Below are positions 38,408 to 53,842 of a DNA stretch of 64,000 bases, in pieces. Origin of the DNA: Deltaproteobacteria bacterium (GTDB taxonomy: Bacteria > Myxococcota_A > Polyangia > Polyangiales > Houyiibacteriaceae); NCBI GenBank assembly GCA_034670305.1, contig JAXMNT010000009.1, positions 96,001 through 160,000 of the forward strand, given 5' to 3'. Both the position numbers and the translations under genes were made by a program. The notes under the pieces are model-generated. The model was given only the letters and a program-made list of their open reading frames with translations, searched no databases and had not been told where the DNA came from. Position 1 is the first letter of the stretch; each line of letters starts with the position of its first letter.

Positions 38408-39895
38408 TCATGCGAGGTCGGCGATGATCAGCGCCAGTGCGATGAGCACCGGGACCGCGATCGACAGCACGAAGGTCACGAACACCGACCCGACCCCACC
38501 GCCTGTCGGCACTGGATCGGGCGCCGGTTCGCGCAGGTCGAGCGCGGTGTCGTGCACCCGTCTCGTGAGCGCGTCCCGTTTCAACTTCGCCGCCGCGCGG
38601 GCGCCCATCACGCCCACCGGAAGGAACAGAAGGAAGAACGCGAAGAAGGTCAGGAACGTGGCCGGGAAGGGCGAGAGCGTCAGTTCGTATTGGCCGAGCT
38701 GGTACATCGACAGCCCGAGCTGGTCGTCGCTCATCTCCGCGATGCCGTTGGACGGCGCAGGGCAGAAGTAGCTCGGTCCGTTGGACGAGTATTCGCCGGG
38801 TCCCGTTTGGGTCCAGTGCGTGAACACCCGCCACGGCCCATGGCAGTCGTCGCAGAGTTTGGGGCACACCACGTGGCCGGGCGCACCCATGATCGGGTCC
38901 ATGTCGAACGCGCAACGCGGAATGAGCGCCAGCACCGAGAGGACGAGCGCGTAGAACGGCACCCGTTTCATCGGACCACGCAGCAGCGCGATGCCGGTGG
39001 GCACCGCGTCTCGCTGTTTGGCGAGATCCATCATGCCGGCGCGGAGGAACGCGCGCCGCGCCTTGGGGGCGAGGTCTTCCTGGGCGAGCCGTTCGAGGGT
39101 CGGCTGCTCGCCGTACAGGGCGATCATCTGGCGAAGCTCTGGCTCGACGTCGCGCCCGGAGACCTCCATCGCGTGCAGCCTCAGGCGGGCGGCGGTTGCT
39201 TCGTGACTCGAGTGCCAAGGAATGTCGGCCGCGTAGGTGCCGAGCACGCCGAGTGCGGCGCTCGGGTTTCGGCGGGCGAGGTGCAGTCGCGCGAGCGGCT
39301 CGCGGTAAGCGCTGTCGAGCTCCAGCACTTCGGCCGCCGGATCGCACTCGGAGAGCCAACCCTCCGCCGCGTCGAGGTCTCCGGCGCGGAGTGCTTCGGA
39401 GGCCAACCGGCAACGCACCAGATGCTGAAATCCGGGATCCGTCACGCGCTCGAGTGCGCTGCCGAGCGCCGCGCGGGCTTCGGCTGGTTTCGCTTCTTCG
39501 ATGCGCGCCGACGCGACCGCGAACGCGAGCCAGATCAGTGACCGTTGTTCCTCCACGCTGCCCGGTGGACGCGCTTTCACCCGCTTCCATTCGGCGTCCA
39601 GCCACGCCGGTTCCAGCATCGATGCGTCGCCCGTGAAGCCGAGCGGCGGCCGGCTCAAGTCGTAGGCATGCCCCGAGATGGGCGACGACTTCTGCGCGGC
39701 CAGCCGACTGAGCCGCGCGACTTCGTCGGCGGCGGAGGGCGGGGGCCGGTGGGCGCGCGTTCGCTCGGTGAGCCGGTTCACCGTGCCGCAGAACGTACAG
39801 GTGACTTCGCCCGCGGCACGCGTCTCCGTGGTGACGGGGGCACCGCACTGCTGGCACTCCAGCGCACGGATCTGGATGTCGAACGCCGTCTTCAT
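38408..39895 (-). CDS. Zinc-ribbon + helical-repeat membrane protein
   Basis: N-terminal CQQC...CTFC, TPR-like middle, C-terminal TM helices around a Cys-rich loop. Confidence 0.75.
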   Translation of the reverse strand: MKTAFDIQIRALECQQCGAPVTTETRAAGEVTCTFCGTVNRLTERTRAHRPPPSAADEVARLSRLAAQKSSPISGHAYDLSRPPLGFTGDASMLEPAWLDAEWKRVKARPPGSVEEQRSLIWLAFAVASARIEEAKPAEARAALGSALERVTDPGFQHLVRCRLASEALRAGDLDAAEGWLSECDPAAEVLELDSAYREPLARLHLARRNPSAALGVLGTYAADIPWHSSHEATAARLRLHAMEVSGRDVEPELRQMIALYGEQPTLERLAQEDLAPKARRAFLRAGMMDLAKQRDAVPTGIALLRGPMKRVPFYALVLSVLALIPRCAFDMDPIMGAPGHVVCPKLCDDCHGPWRVFTHWTQTGPGEYSSNGPSYFCPAPSNGIAEMSDDQLGLSMYQLGQYELTLSPFPATFLTFFAFFLLFLPVGVMGARAAAKLKRDALTRRVHDTALDLREPAPDPVPTGGGVGSVFVTFVLSIAVPVLIALALIIADLA

Positions 39896-39959
39896 TCGAT
39901 CACCCTATCTGGAACCCGGCCTCTCTGGAAACGCCGTCTGTTCCTCAACCCAGCACGCC

Positions 39960-41138
39960 TCAACCGAGGATCATCGTCTCGGCCAGCAGTTCACCGCGTT
40001 CGTAGCGCCGCAGGTTCCAGCGGTCGAAGAGCGCATCTTCGGCGCCGACCATGATGTGCCGCGCCATGAGTTCGCCCATGATGGGCGCCATCATGAAGCC
40101 GTGGCCCATGAATCCGCTGAGCTGCAGGAATCCGTCCAGCTGATCGACGGGCCCGACGATCGGGTTGCCGTCTGGGGTGAGGTCGTAGCAGCCCGCCCAC
40201 TGTCGCAGGACCCGCACCGAGCCGAGGCGCGGCACCGCTCGGGTCAGCGCGCGCGCGTACTTCGCGAGAAAGAGAAGCGAACTCTCCTGGGAGATGCCTT
40301 CGGGCACCTGTTCGTTCGAGATGCCCCCCACGATCTCACCGCGCATGGATTGACTGAAGTAGAGCCCGGTGGCGAGCTCCGCGACCAGCGGCCGCAGGAA
40401 GGGCTTGAGCGGTTCGGTGGAGCAGATCTCATGGCGATGGGGCCAGTTGGGAAGCGACACGTCCACCAGGCGCGCCACCTCGGGGCTCCACGCGCCGCTC
40501 GCGTTGACGATGAGGTTGGTCTCGATCCGGCCCTGGTCGGTGACCGCGGCGGTGACCGCTCGACCGTTGGTCTCGATGGCCGTCAGCTCGGTGAACGGGA
40601 AGATCCCCGCACCGAGTTTTGCGGCGCCCGCGGCGTAGCCCCACACGAAGGGCCACGGGAACACGACGCCGTCGTCCGGGCTGTAGCTCGCGACCTCGAG
40701 GTCCTCCACGTTCAGGTCGGGGACCACCGCCCGCGTCTCGGCCGCATCGATGAGTCGCGTGGTGAGCCCATGTTCGTTCTGCAGCTGCACACTTCGTTCG
40801 AGTTGCTCGGCGCGGTCGGGCGTCCGGGCCAAGAAGAGGTATCCGCCGCGGCGAAACCAGACGTTGATCCGCATCTTGGTCGCGAACTCGGCGCACTTTT
40901 CGAGCGAGCGCTTCATGAGCGCGATGTTCGTCTCGCTGGACCACTGGGCCCGGACGCCGCCGCCGTTGCGGCCCGACGCCCCGCTGCAGAGGTAGCCCTT
41001 CTCGAGCACCACGACCTTCTTCATGCCCATCTCGGCGAGGTGGAAGGCGGTGGACAAACCCATGATGCCGCCACCGACGATCACCGCATCGGCGGCGGAC
41101 GGGAGTTCGTCCGAAGTACGGGTGACCCGCTCGCTCAT
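39960..41138 (-). CDS. FAD-dependent oxidoreductase (sarcosine oxidase beta / dye-linked proline dehydrogenase beta-like)
   Basis: IVGGGIMG, SGASGRNGGG, RQWAGCYDLTPDGNPIVG, GFMGHGFMMAP. Confidence 0.9.
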   Translation of the reverse strand: MSERVTRTSDELPSAADAVIVGGGIMGLSTAFHLAEMGMKKVVVLEKGYLCSGASGRNGGGVRAQWSSETNIALMKRSLEKCAEFATKMRINVWFRRGGYLFLARTPDRAEQLERSVQLQNEHGLTTRLIDAAETRAVVPDLNVEDLEVASYSPDDGVVFPWPFVWGYAAGAAKLGAGIFPFTELTAIETNGRAVTAAVTDQGRIETNLIVNASGAWSPEVARLVDVSLPNWPHRHEICSTEPLKPFLRPLVAELATGLYFSQSMRGEIVGGISNEQVPEGISQESSLLFLAKYARALTRAVPRLGSVRVLRQWAGCYDLTPDGNPIVGPVDQLDGFLQLSGFMGHGFMMAPIMGELMARHIMVGAEDALFDRWNLRRYERGELLAETMILG

Positions 41139-41166
41139 GGGCGCTTCGCCCTAGGGAAGATCTGTC

Positions 41167-42810
41167 TCATACCGGGTGCCCCGCGTCGGTGTCGTCCGAG
41201 TCTTCCTCCCCATCGGACAGCCCCGCGAGGTACGCGAGTCGGACGGGATGAAAGGGCGGCCGCGGGGTGATGGGTTCGGAAGCGCACTCGCCGCCCACCG
41301 CCGCCAGCAGACGCGCGCAGGCCGCGACGCATTGTTTGCCCTGGCACCAACCGGTGCCGAACCCGGTGTAGCGTTTGGCCGCTTCGAGATCTCGGTGCCC
41401 GCGGGCGCTGGCCTGCTCGAGCTCGTGGAGGGTCACGTCTTCGCACCGGCAGACGAACACTTTGTCCGACTTGCCGCCGGGCAGGACGACGGGGTCGCGT
41501 ACAGGAGTGGGCGCGGCTTCGTGCGGCACCTGGTCCAGGCCGGTCGCGGCCGCGATCCCTGCTGCGGTCGCTTGTTCGAGAGAACCTTCTCCGCCTCGGC
41601 CGCGCCCGGTGCAGCGCCCGATGGCGAAGGTCCGCGGGTGCGCTGTGCGCCCGTCGTCGTCCGCGCCCACCCAGAAGCCGCGGCCATCGAAACGGACCTG
41701 CGCACCGGCTTGTCCGGCGAGTTCGTAGACGCCCGTCGAAGGTCCGCCGACGAGCACCGCGTCGCATTCGATCTTCGAGGAACCGCGCTCGTCCTTCACC
41801 CGAACGTACGAGGCCGTGGGCCGGCCTCCGATGCCGAGCACACGCGCGGGGGCGATCGGCCCGACCACGGTCGAATCCTGGGAGCGGAGCCACGCCACCG
41901 CGCGCGTCAGAAGCGGTCCGCCCCCGATCGCCACCACCTGCTCGCCGACGATCACCCCGAGCTCGAGCAGCGTCAGGACCGCGCGTGCGGTGAAGACCCC
42001 GGGCCGGTCGTTGCCGGGTGTCACCGCACCGCCCTCCGCGCTGCCCGTGGCGACGACGAGCGCGCGGGGGATGATGCGAAGCAGACCGTGTTCGTCGGCG
42101 GCGAGCAGGGTTCGGGACGGTCGGCCATCGGCGTCCGGCTGGGTGGGATCGTCGTGCACGGCGAGCGCGGTCGCGCCGAGGCGCACGTCCACCGGCGGTC
42201 CGGGGCGCGGCAGTGGTTCTCCCGCCTTCTTCGAGGTGCCCCCGAGCGAGAGCTCCTCCTCGAGGAGCAGGACGCGGGCGCCATGTTTCGCGGCCGTGTT
42301 GGCCGCCTGTACCCCGCTGCGCCCGCCACCGACCACCACGATGTCGCGTTCGAGGGTTCGGGCGGCGACCGGCGCTTCGATCGCATCCGGCAGCCGTCCG
42401 ACGCCGGCGACGCGGCGGGCGACCTTTTGCATCAGCCGGTTGATGGGCGCGAAGCGCGTGAACATGTGGTGGTGGTCCATGCCCTCGGGAAAGAACCAAT
42501 CGGTGACCGAGAGCAGGTCGGCGCGGGCGGTGCCCATGACGTTCTGGGTCTCGAGCACCATCTCCTCGCGGGCCGGCAACCGGCACGTCATCACGTTGGG
42601 GACACCGTCCACCCGCATCAGACATCCGTCGCAGCGACCCCGCAGACACGCGGCGCCACGCGGGCGGTGGTACTTCACGCTCCGGCCGAACACTGAACGG
42701 CCCGCGGCGAGCAAGGCGACCGCAACCGGCTCACCGCGTTCGGCGAGGACGGCTTCCCCATCGACCTGGAGTGTGACCGGACTGGCCAGTTGCAAAACCC
42801 TGCGTGCCAC
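41167..42810 (-). CDS. Sarcosine oxidase alpha-like subunit: 2Fe-2S + nucleotide-binding + BFD-like domains
   Basis: RSVKYHRPRG..C..GRCDGCLMRVDG.PNVMTC, VVGGGRSG, PGNDRPGV, VCRCEDVT..KRYTGFGTGWCQGKQC, TPRPP. Confidence 0.88.
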   Translation of the reverse strand: MARRVLQLASPVTLQVDGEAVLAERGEPVAVALLAAGRSVFGRSVKYHRPRGAACLRGRCDGCLMRVDGVPNVMTCRLPAREEMVLETQNVMGTARADLLSVTDWFFPEGMDHHHMFTRFAPINRLMQKVARRVAGVGRLPDAIEAPVAARTLERDIVVVGGGRSGVQAANTAAKHGARVLLLEEELSLGGTSKKAGEPLPRPGPPVDVRLGATALAVHDDPTQPDADGRPSRTLLAADEHGLLRIIPRALVVATGSAEGGAVTPGNDRPGVFTARAVLTLLELGVIVGEQVVAIGGGPLLTRAVAWLRSQDSTVVGPIAPARVLGIGGRPTASYVRVKDERGSSKIECDAVLVGGPSTGVYELAGQAGAQVRFDGRGFWVGADDDGRTAHPRTFAIGRCTGRGRGGEGSLEQATAAGIAAATGLDQVPHEAAPTPVRDPVVLPGGKSDKVFVCRCEDVTLHELEQASARGHRDLEAAKRYTGFGTGWCQGKQCVAACARLLAAVGGECASEPITPRPPFHPVRLAYLAGLSDGEEDSDDTDAGHPV

Positions 42811-42873
42811 GGCCGCAGCGTACCCCGCGCACTGGGCGCTGGGTCAGTCGGAACGTGCGATTCGGACGATGGC

Positions 42874-43743
42874 CTAGAACGGGCCGGCGGCGGCCGGGTC
42901 GTTTTCGGGCGGGGGCGCGTCGGGGTCGGGGGGCGACACCTCGGGTTGCACCGCAGGCGTGATCGAGAACTCGATCTGGCTCGGCGTGGCGTGCGCCACC
43001 TCGAGTCGCTCCACGCCTTCCTGAAACAGCGGATGCCAGGCGTGAATGATGACCGGCATGCCCGCGGGCACGCCGTCGAGCTCGAAGCTGCCGTCTTCCG
43101 CCGTCACCGCGTAGACCGGCGCGTAGACGGTCACGACGTCGGTCCGACCACACGGCGCGGTGAAACCGCACCGGACCGCCTGCACGCCGCCTTCGGAGAG
43201 TTCGATCTCGCGCGGCTCGCCCAGCATCAGTGCTTCCATGAACCCCGAGCGGCCGATGGTCGGGAGGAACGGGTACTCGTGCTCCGTCGTCAGCTTGAGT
43301 GTGTCGCCCGTGGCCGCGGCGACGACCGGCGGGGTGAGGCGGCAGTTGCGGATCACCACATCGTGCGTCCGCGCCGGCACGTCTCCGACCGCCGCCATGA
43401 ATGCTTCTCGGTCCGGGGCGGTTGCGGTGATGACGACGTTCGAGAGCACACGCCCTTCGCCCATCTGCACCGGCGTGCGGTCTCGGGTCCGGGGGGGAGA
43501 ACACTCGCCGGGCATCGGTGAGTTCGTGCCTTCGCGCATGGCGGCTTCCGGGTAGCTCGGGAGCGTGGCGCCTTCGGCCAAACGCACGACCCCACGCACG
43601 ACGCCGAGGTTCGGGTTCGCGCTGCGGTCGGTGACGGGCGCTTCTGGCGGCTGTTCGGTGCCGCTGCCGGGGCGTTCCCCACACGAACCGCAACCGACGG
43701 CACACGCCGCACTCACCGACCACACCAACACCCAACGAGACAT
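42874..43743 (-). CDS. Lipoprotein with cupredoxin/carboxypeptidase-regulatory-like beta domains
   Basis: Signal with AVGC; GVVRGVVRL, IRNCRLTP.V, YAVTAEDGSFELDGVPAG..HAWHP. Confidence 0.7.
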   Translation of the reverse strand: MSRWVLVWSVSAACAVGCGSCGERPGSGTEQPPEAPVTDRSANPNLGVVRGVVRLAEGATLPSYPEAAMREGTNSPMPGECSPPRTRDRTPVQMGEGRVLSNVVITATAPDREAFMAAVGDVPARTHDVVIRNCRLTPPVVAAATGDTLKLTTEHEYPFLPTIGRSGFMEALMLGEPREIELSEGGVQAVRCGFTAPCGRTDVVTVYAPVYAVTAEDGSFELDGVPAGMPVIIHAWHPLFQEGVERLEVAHATPSQIEFSITPAVQPEVSPPDPDAPPPENDPAAAGPF

Positions 43744-43859
43744 CGAGCGCAACCTGTCAGACGCGCGCCGCGGGGGCAACGGCGCAAGGTGGCGGCAGTG
43801 GCGGCGGCCCGGAACGGAGGTGGGTTGCGCTTGGGCGCTGGAGCAGTGAGGTTTCGGCC

Positions 43860-44945
43860 ATGGGTCCATTCGCACGTTGGTCGCTCCTGCTCTCTCTCGT
43901 TTCCATTCTGGCTTGTGGGGACGATTCGGCGCCGCCCGACGACGCCTCGGTCGGGGCCGACGTGTTGGTCACCGAAGACGCTGGAACCGATGCTGGCGGA
44001 GAACGCGCCCCGCGCTGGGAGATGGTCGCGGATCCAGACGTCGGCCCGCTTCGGATCTGGGCGCCCCTGGTCGCGCCGATGGATGGCAACCGCACCTTCT
44101 TGTTCGGCGGGACCAACGTGGACACGGTGGTCGGCACCACGTTCGACCGCGCCTACATCTACTCCTGGGCGGCTGGTGCCCTCGTCGCGACAGAGCTCGC
44201 GGTGGATGCGACGGAGAAACCCGACTCCCGCTACTGCGGCTGCGCGGTGCACGACCCGGATCGAAACGTGGTGATCGTCGCGGGTGGTCGGCCGCTCTCC
44301 AGTCCGTTCCTTCCCGAGAACGACACCTGGGAACTCGATCTGTCCACCGAGGTGTGGACCCGCTGGACCGGCACCACGCCGCCCTCGACCCTCGGCTGCA
44401 TGCTCGCCCGACAGCCCGACGGAGAGATCGTCTGGTTCGGGGGCATCGCCGAAGGGGGCGGCGCGAGTGACCAGACCTACCGCGCCAACGGCGACGGTTG
44501 GGATCTCATCACAACCACCGCGGCGCCCTCGGGCCGTTACGACGGTGTCTTCTTCCCAGCGCCCGATGGCGATGGATTGCTGCTCTTCGCGGGGGCCGAC
44601 CGCGCGACCGGGAGCGGGTTCTTCGCGGACGTGTGGCGCTTCAGCGAAGGCGACTGGACGATGTTGCACGACGGCGCGGGGGTCGAAGGCCGCCGGGTCG
44701 CGTGGGTCCGGCCGACCGACACCGGCTTCGTCGCGGTCGGCGGCTTCGACAACATGATGCGTTCGCTCGGCGACGCGTTCGAGTTCGACCTGGCGACCAG
44801 CGCGTTCTCTCCGCTCGTCGCGGACAACCCGCCGGGCCAGCGCTCCTTCGCGGCCGCCCTCGAGGCGGAAGACGGCGTGGGCGTCATGCTCTCCGGCTAC
44901 GACGGCGAGGGCCCAGTGCGCGACATTCGGGTGCTGAGGTTCTAG
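43860..44945 (+). CDS. Kelch-repeat lipoprotein
   Basis: Lipobox ILAC; repeated LFGG/VAGG/WFGG/VGG...W motifs. Confidence 0.85.
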   Translation: MGPFARWSLLLSLVSILACGDDSAPPDDASVGADVLVTEDAGTDAGGERAPRWEMVADPDVGPLRIWAPLVAPMDGNRTFLFGGTNVDTVVGTTFDRAYIYSWAAGALVATELAVDATEKPDSRYCGCAVHDPDRNVVIVAGGRPLSSPFLPENDTWELDLSTEVWTRWTGTTPPSTLGCMLARQPDGEIVWFGGIAEGGGASDQTYRANGDGWDLITTTAAPSGRYDGVFFPAPDGDGLLLFAGADRATGSGFFADVWRFSEGDWTMLHDGAGVEGRRVAWVRPTDTGFVAVGGFDNMMRSLGDAFEFDLATSAFSPLVADNPPGQRSFAAALEAEDGVGVMLSGYDGEGPVRDIRVLRF

Positions 44946-45005
44946 AGCGCTCGCATCCCGCAGAACGCGCGCGGTCGGGCACCACAGACGCGATACATTG
45001 GCGGG

Positions 45006-47246
45006 ATGCAAGCATTTGAGATCGCGTATGCACCCGACGAGACCCGCGTCGCACTCGGCTGGCCCGGCGGACTGCTCGCGGTGCACGAAGTCGAACCAAC
45101 CGACGGTTCCCCGGGAGCGGAGGTGACCCAGGTCGTCCATCACAAAGCGACGTTGGTGTGTGTCGGGTGGCTCGGCGACGAACACCTCGTGAGCGTCTCC
45201 TCCGACGGAGTCTGGGCTGTGAGCGACGCCAGCTCCGGAGGGGTGCTGCGTTCGGGTTCGGTAGGCGGCAGCCGCGCGTCCGCTTCGATCTCACCAGCCG
45301 GCGGGTTTCTCTTCGTCAGCTCGAGCGACACGGGCGTCGGCACCTTTCGCGTGAACCTCGAGACCGGCGCCACCGACGAAGGCGTGAATCTCAACGACCA
45401 CCGAATCTACGGCTCGAGTCGGGTCTTCGCGTTGGACGATGGGTTGGCCGCGTTCCACTTCATTCACGACGGGGCCGACGACAAGGTGGTCGAGGGGTTC
45501 GTCCAGGTGGACTTCGTGGCGGGCACCGCCGCCACCAAGACCTTCGACACCGCGCCGGTCAGCGACTTCGACGACGACACGCGTTTGATGTGGATCGACG
45601 GCGGGCGCGGTCTGGGCGTTCGGCCGGACTACACGCCGCTCACCTTCGGCGGACCCGACGACTCGGTGGCGATCCTCTCGGTGGAACTCTTCGACGCGCG
45701 CACCCTCGAGACGCGGCATGTGCGCGTCGCCACCGGCTGGCCGCGCTCGCACTGCGAAGGGCCGCTGTCTGGACTCGTGTCGGCCGAACCCGGCTCGGAC
45801 GAGTTCATGAAGAGTCAGGACTGGTTCGTCCGGCGCCTCAAGAGTGCGCGTTTCGCGGGAGACCATCTCTGGTTCACGATCGAAGGGGGCGCCGTGCGGC
45901 GCATCGCGATCGACAGCGACGATCGCGACCAGGTCGTGATCCATGGAGGCGGCGCCAACACGTCGTACACCCTGGACGATGTCTTCGCGCGCAACTTGCA
46001 CAACTGCCACACCCTCGGGGTGAGTGGCTCCGGCACCTACATCGCGTTCGGCAACCCCAACGACTTCTTCTCGGTCCGCTCGGTCGGCCTCGACGCCGCG
46101 GAGGAAGCGATTCGGCTCCCGAAACGCGCGACCTCAGGGGCTGTCGCGGAGGCGCCTGGACTCGTCGCGTTCGCGGGCGACCTGCTCGTGGTGTTCGACA
46201 AGGGCCACCGGATGTTCTTCGTCGATGGGGCCAGCGGCGAGATCGGCGCGACGATCGAACTCGAGCGTTGGTACGGCGACGCGAACGACGTTGACCGCTC
46301 GCCCACAGGCCGGTACCTCGCGGTTGCGGTGGGCGGTGGTGAGTCGTTCTACTGGGACTTCGAGACGAGCGAGTTGATGGGGCTGCCCATGCCGCCGCAC
46401 GCGGTGCGGGTGGGCTTTTTCGGGGACGCGCGGGCAGCGCTCGTGCACCACAACGGCGCGGTGATGACGCTCGACGTGGAAGAGATGGTCAGCTGCGCAC
46501 GGCGCGCGCCGGACGAAGAAGGCGAAGAACCGGATGAGGACTACGACGCGTTCGAGCAGCGGTACGACGTGTATGCGTCGGCGGTCTTCGAGGTCGCCGG
46601 CGTGCCCACCGTCGCGACCTTGGACGAGAACGACGCCGTTCAGTTCTACTCGATCGACGATGCACTCGAGATCGAGGTGGGCGCTGCGCATTCGCAGGCT
46701 GGCCGGCGGCTGGTGGGCGGAGACGGGTGGTGCGCGAGCCTCGACCGCAAGGGGCGGGTGACCGTCCGATCGTTGCCGTCCTTCGAGGTGACCGCCGAAC
46801 ACCAGTTGGCCACCGGCGCCGACCTGTTCGTGGGCGACGCGTCGGGCGCGCTCTTGGCGTTCGACGACGCGACCGGCCAGTTGCTCGCGCTCTCGCGCGA
46901 CTCCGAAGAGACCGAAGTGCGGTTCGAGTACGTGGGCGCTGCGACCGCGCAGGTGCGCGTGAAGGAGTCGCTCGACCGGGTGGCGGTGGTGACCGCGGCC
47001 GGCCGCATCGAGTTGCGCGTGCTGAGCACGGGAGAACTCATCGCGGTGCTCGAAGTGCGGCCGACCGACGACGACGCGCGGACGCTGGTGACCGCGGGGG
47101 AAGACACGGAGCCGGCGAAAAAGAAACCGGCGGCGAAGAAGAAGCCGGCGGCGGCGACGAAGAAGAAGACAGCGGCGAAGAAGAAGCCGGCGGCGAAGAA
47201 GAAGACGGCGAAGAAGAAGAAGAAGACGGCGAAGAAGAAGAAGTAG
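45006..47246 (+). CDS. WD40/beta-propeller protein with Lys/Ala-rich (histone H1-like) tail
   Basis: Repeats such as ISPAGGFL, VSGSGTYIAFG, RSPTGRYLAV; tail PAKKKPAAKKKPAAATKKK... Confidence 0.8.
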   Translation: MQAFEIAYAPDETRVALGWPGGLLAVHEVEPTDGSPGAEVTQVVHHKATLVCVGWLGDEHLVSVSSDGVWAVSDASSGGVLRSGSVGGSRASASISPAGGFLFVSSSDTGVGTFRVNLETGATDEGVNLNDHRIYGSSRVFALDDGLAAFHFIHDGADDKVVEGFVQVDFVAGTAATKTFDTAPVSDFDDDTRLMWIDGGRGLGVRPDYTPLTFGGPDDSVAILSVELFDARTLETRHVRVATGWPRSHCEGPLSGLVSAEPGSDEFMKSQDWFVRRLKSARFAGDHLWFTIEGGAVRRIAIDSDDRDQVVIHGGGANTSYTLDDVFARNLHNCHTLGVSGSGTYIAFGNPNDFFSVRSVGLDAAEEAIRLPKRATSGAVAEAPGLVAFAGDLLVVFDKGHRMFFVDGASGEIGATIELERWYGDANDVDRSPTGRYLAVAVGGGESFYWDFETSELMGLPMPPHAVRVGFFGDARAALVHHNGAVMTLDVEEMVSCARRAPDEEGEEPDEDYDAFEQRYDVYASAVFEVAGVPTVATLDENDAVQFYSIDDALEIEVGAAHSQAGRRLVGGDGWCASLDRKGRVTVRSLPSFEVTAEHQLATGADLFVGDASGALLAFDDATGQLLALSRDSEETEVRFEYVGAATAQVRVKESLDRVAVVTAAGRIELRVLSTGELIAVLEVRPTDDDARTLVTAGEDTEPAKKKPAAKKKPAAATKKKTAAKKKPAAKKKTAKKKKKTAKKKK

Positions 47247-47541
47247 GCCGACGCCGAAGCTGACGCCGACGCCGAATCCGACGCCGACGCCGAAGCCGAC
47301 GCTGAAGCCGAAGCCGAAAACCGACGCCGAAGCCGATGCCGACGCCGAAGCCGATGCCGACGCCGACGCCGACGCCGAAGCCGACGCTGAAGCCGAAGCC
47401 GACGCCGAAGCCGAATCCGAAGCCGATGCCGACGCCGAAGCCGATGCCGAAGCCGAGTTCCGAGTTCCGACTTCCGACGCCGAAGCCGACTCCGGAGCCG
47501 ACGCCGAAGCCGACTTCCGACTTCCGACTTCCGACTTCCGA
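47247..47541. repeat. Long (GCCGAN)n tract grading into TTCCGAC/TTCCGAG heptamers
   Basis: About 295 nt between convergent genes; heptamers at about 47452-47480 and 47512-47541. Confidence 0.95.
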
Positions 47542-47547
47542 AACGAG

Positions 47548-47580
47548 AGAACCGACCGCGGCGGGGCCGGGGTCGGTTCT
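47548..47580. terminator. GC-rich hairpin between convergent genes (possible terminator)
   Basis: AGAACCGACC...GGTCGGTTCT stem; no clear U tract. Confidence 0.5.
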
Positions 47581-47604
47581 GTTGGGGTGGACGCTGCTCG
47601 CGTT

Positions 47605-49076
47605 CTAGAAGCGCGCGGCGGCGATGGCGTAGTCGAGGACCCAGTTGGGCATCAGGCCCCAGGCCATGACGGCGGCGCCACTGAGGGCGAGGGCGGTGGT
47701 GACGTAGCCGCTCTTCATCGGAGTGGCGGTGGCCTGGCCTTCTTCCGGCGACTCCATGAAGAGGCACACGAGGACGCGCAGGTAGTAGTAGGCGCCCACG
47801 GCGCTCGCGAGCACGCCGATGACAGCGAGCCAGATGTACTGGTCTCCGGCCTGCACCGCGGCGTTGAACACGTAGTACTTGCCGAAGAAACCAGCCGTGG
47901 GCGGGAAGCCCATCAGCGACAGGATCCCGATGATGAACGGGAGCGCGGCGGCGGGGTGGCGGCGGCCGGCGCCGCGCAAGTCCGCGTAGTGCACGGACTC
48001 TTTGCCCTTCGAACCGAAGTAGATGAGCGAGCCGAACGCGAGCACGTTGCTGACGGTGTAGGCGAGCAAGTAGTAGAGCACCGAGCTGATGCCGAGCTCC
48101 TCCACCCGGAACGCTGCGACGAGCCCGACGAGGATGTAGCCGGCGTGGGCGATCGACGAGTACGCCAGCATGCGCTTGATGTTCTGCTGGGCGAGCGCGG
48201 CGATGTTGCCGTAGATCATCGAGAGCACGGCGATGCCGGCGAGGAGCGGCGGCCAGCCGGCGGTGTCGTTCATGGTCGCTTCGCTTCCGAAACACACCAT
48301 CATCACGCGTACGAAGACCGCGAACGCAGCGGACTTCACCGCGACGCTCATGAACGTGGTCGCCGGGGTGACGGCGCTCTCGTAGGCGTCGGGGGTCCAC
48401 ATGTGGAACGGAACCGCGCTCACCTTGAACGCGAGCCCGACGATGACCATCAGCATGCCGAAGAGCACGAGCCGGGTGTCGGCCGCGCCACTGTCGATCG
48501 AAGCGGCGATGCCGACGAAGTCGGTGTGTCCGGTCGCGGCGTAGAGAAGCGCGGCGCCGAAGAGCAGGATCGCGGCAGCGAAGGAGCCGAGCAGGAAGTA
48601 CTTCATCGCGCCTTCGACGGCGCGTTTGCTGGTGCGCCGGAACGCGACCATGCAGTACACGGCCAGCGACATCGTCTCGAGCCCCAAGAAGAGTGAGAGC
48701 ATGTCGACCGAGCGGGCCAGAATCATCGCGCCGAACGCGCTGAAGATGATCAGCACGTAGAACTCGCCGCGGTCGTGACCGTGCTCATTCAAGTAGCCGC
48801 CCGCGAGCAACGCGCTCAGCGCGCCACCCAGGCAGATGACCACATCGAAGAAGAGCGCCATCTTGTCGACGGCGATGAAGTTGCCGATCTCGGGAGGCAG
48901 CGCGGTCATGCCGCCGTCGCGCATCAAGAGCGCGAGGGAGATGCCGCCGGCGGCCGCCAGCGACACCGCGGTGACCATGCCGAGTTCGGCGCGTTCTTTG
49001 GCGAACGCGTCGACCATCATGATGAAGAGCCCGCTGAAGACCAGAAGCAGCAGCGGAGCGACGTAGAGCCAGAAGC

Positions 49077-49080
<4 letters not shown>
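47605..49080 (-). CDS. nuoN: NADH-quinone oxidoreductase subunit N
   Basis: [67 protein letters not shown]. Confidence 0.96.
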
Positions 49081-53827
<4,747 letters not shown>

Positions 53828-53842
53828 CGGTGGTGTCCGCTA

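Noticed and set aside
46646-48400. ORFs with SASASA/RRRHRL/FFFFAV runs
   Set aside because: Translations of repeat tracts and the antisense of the Lys-rich tail
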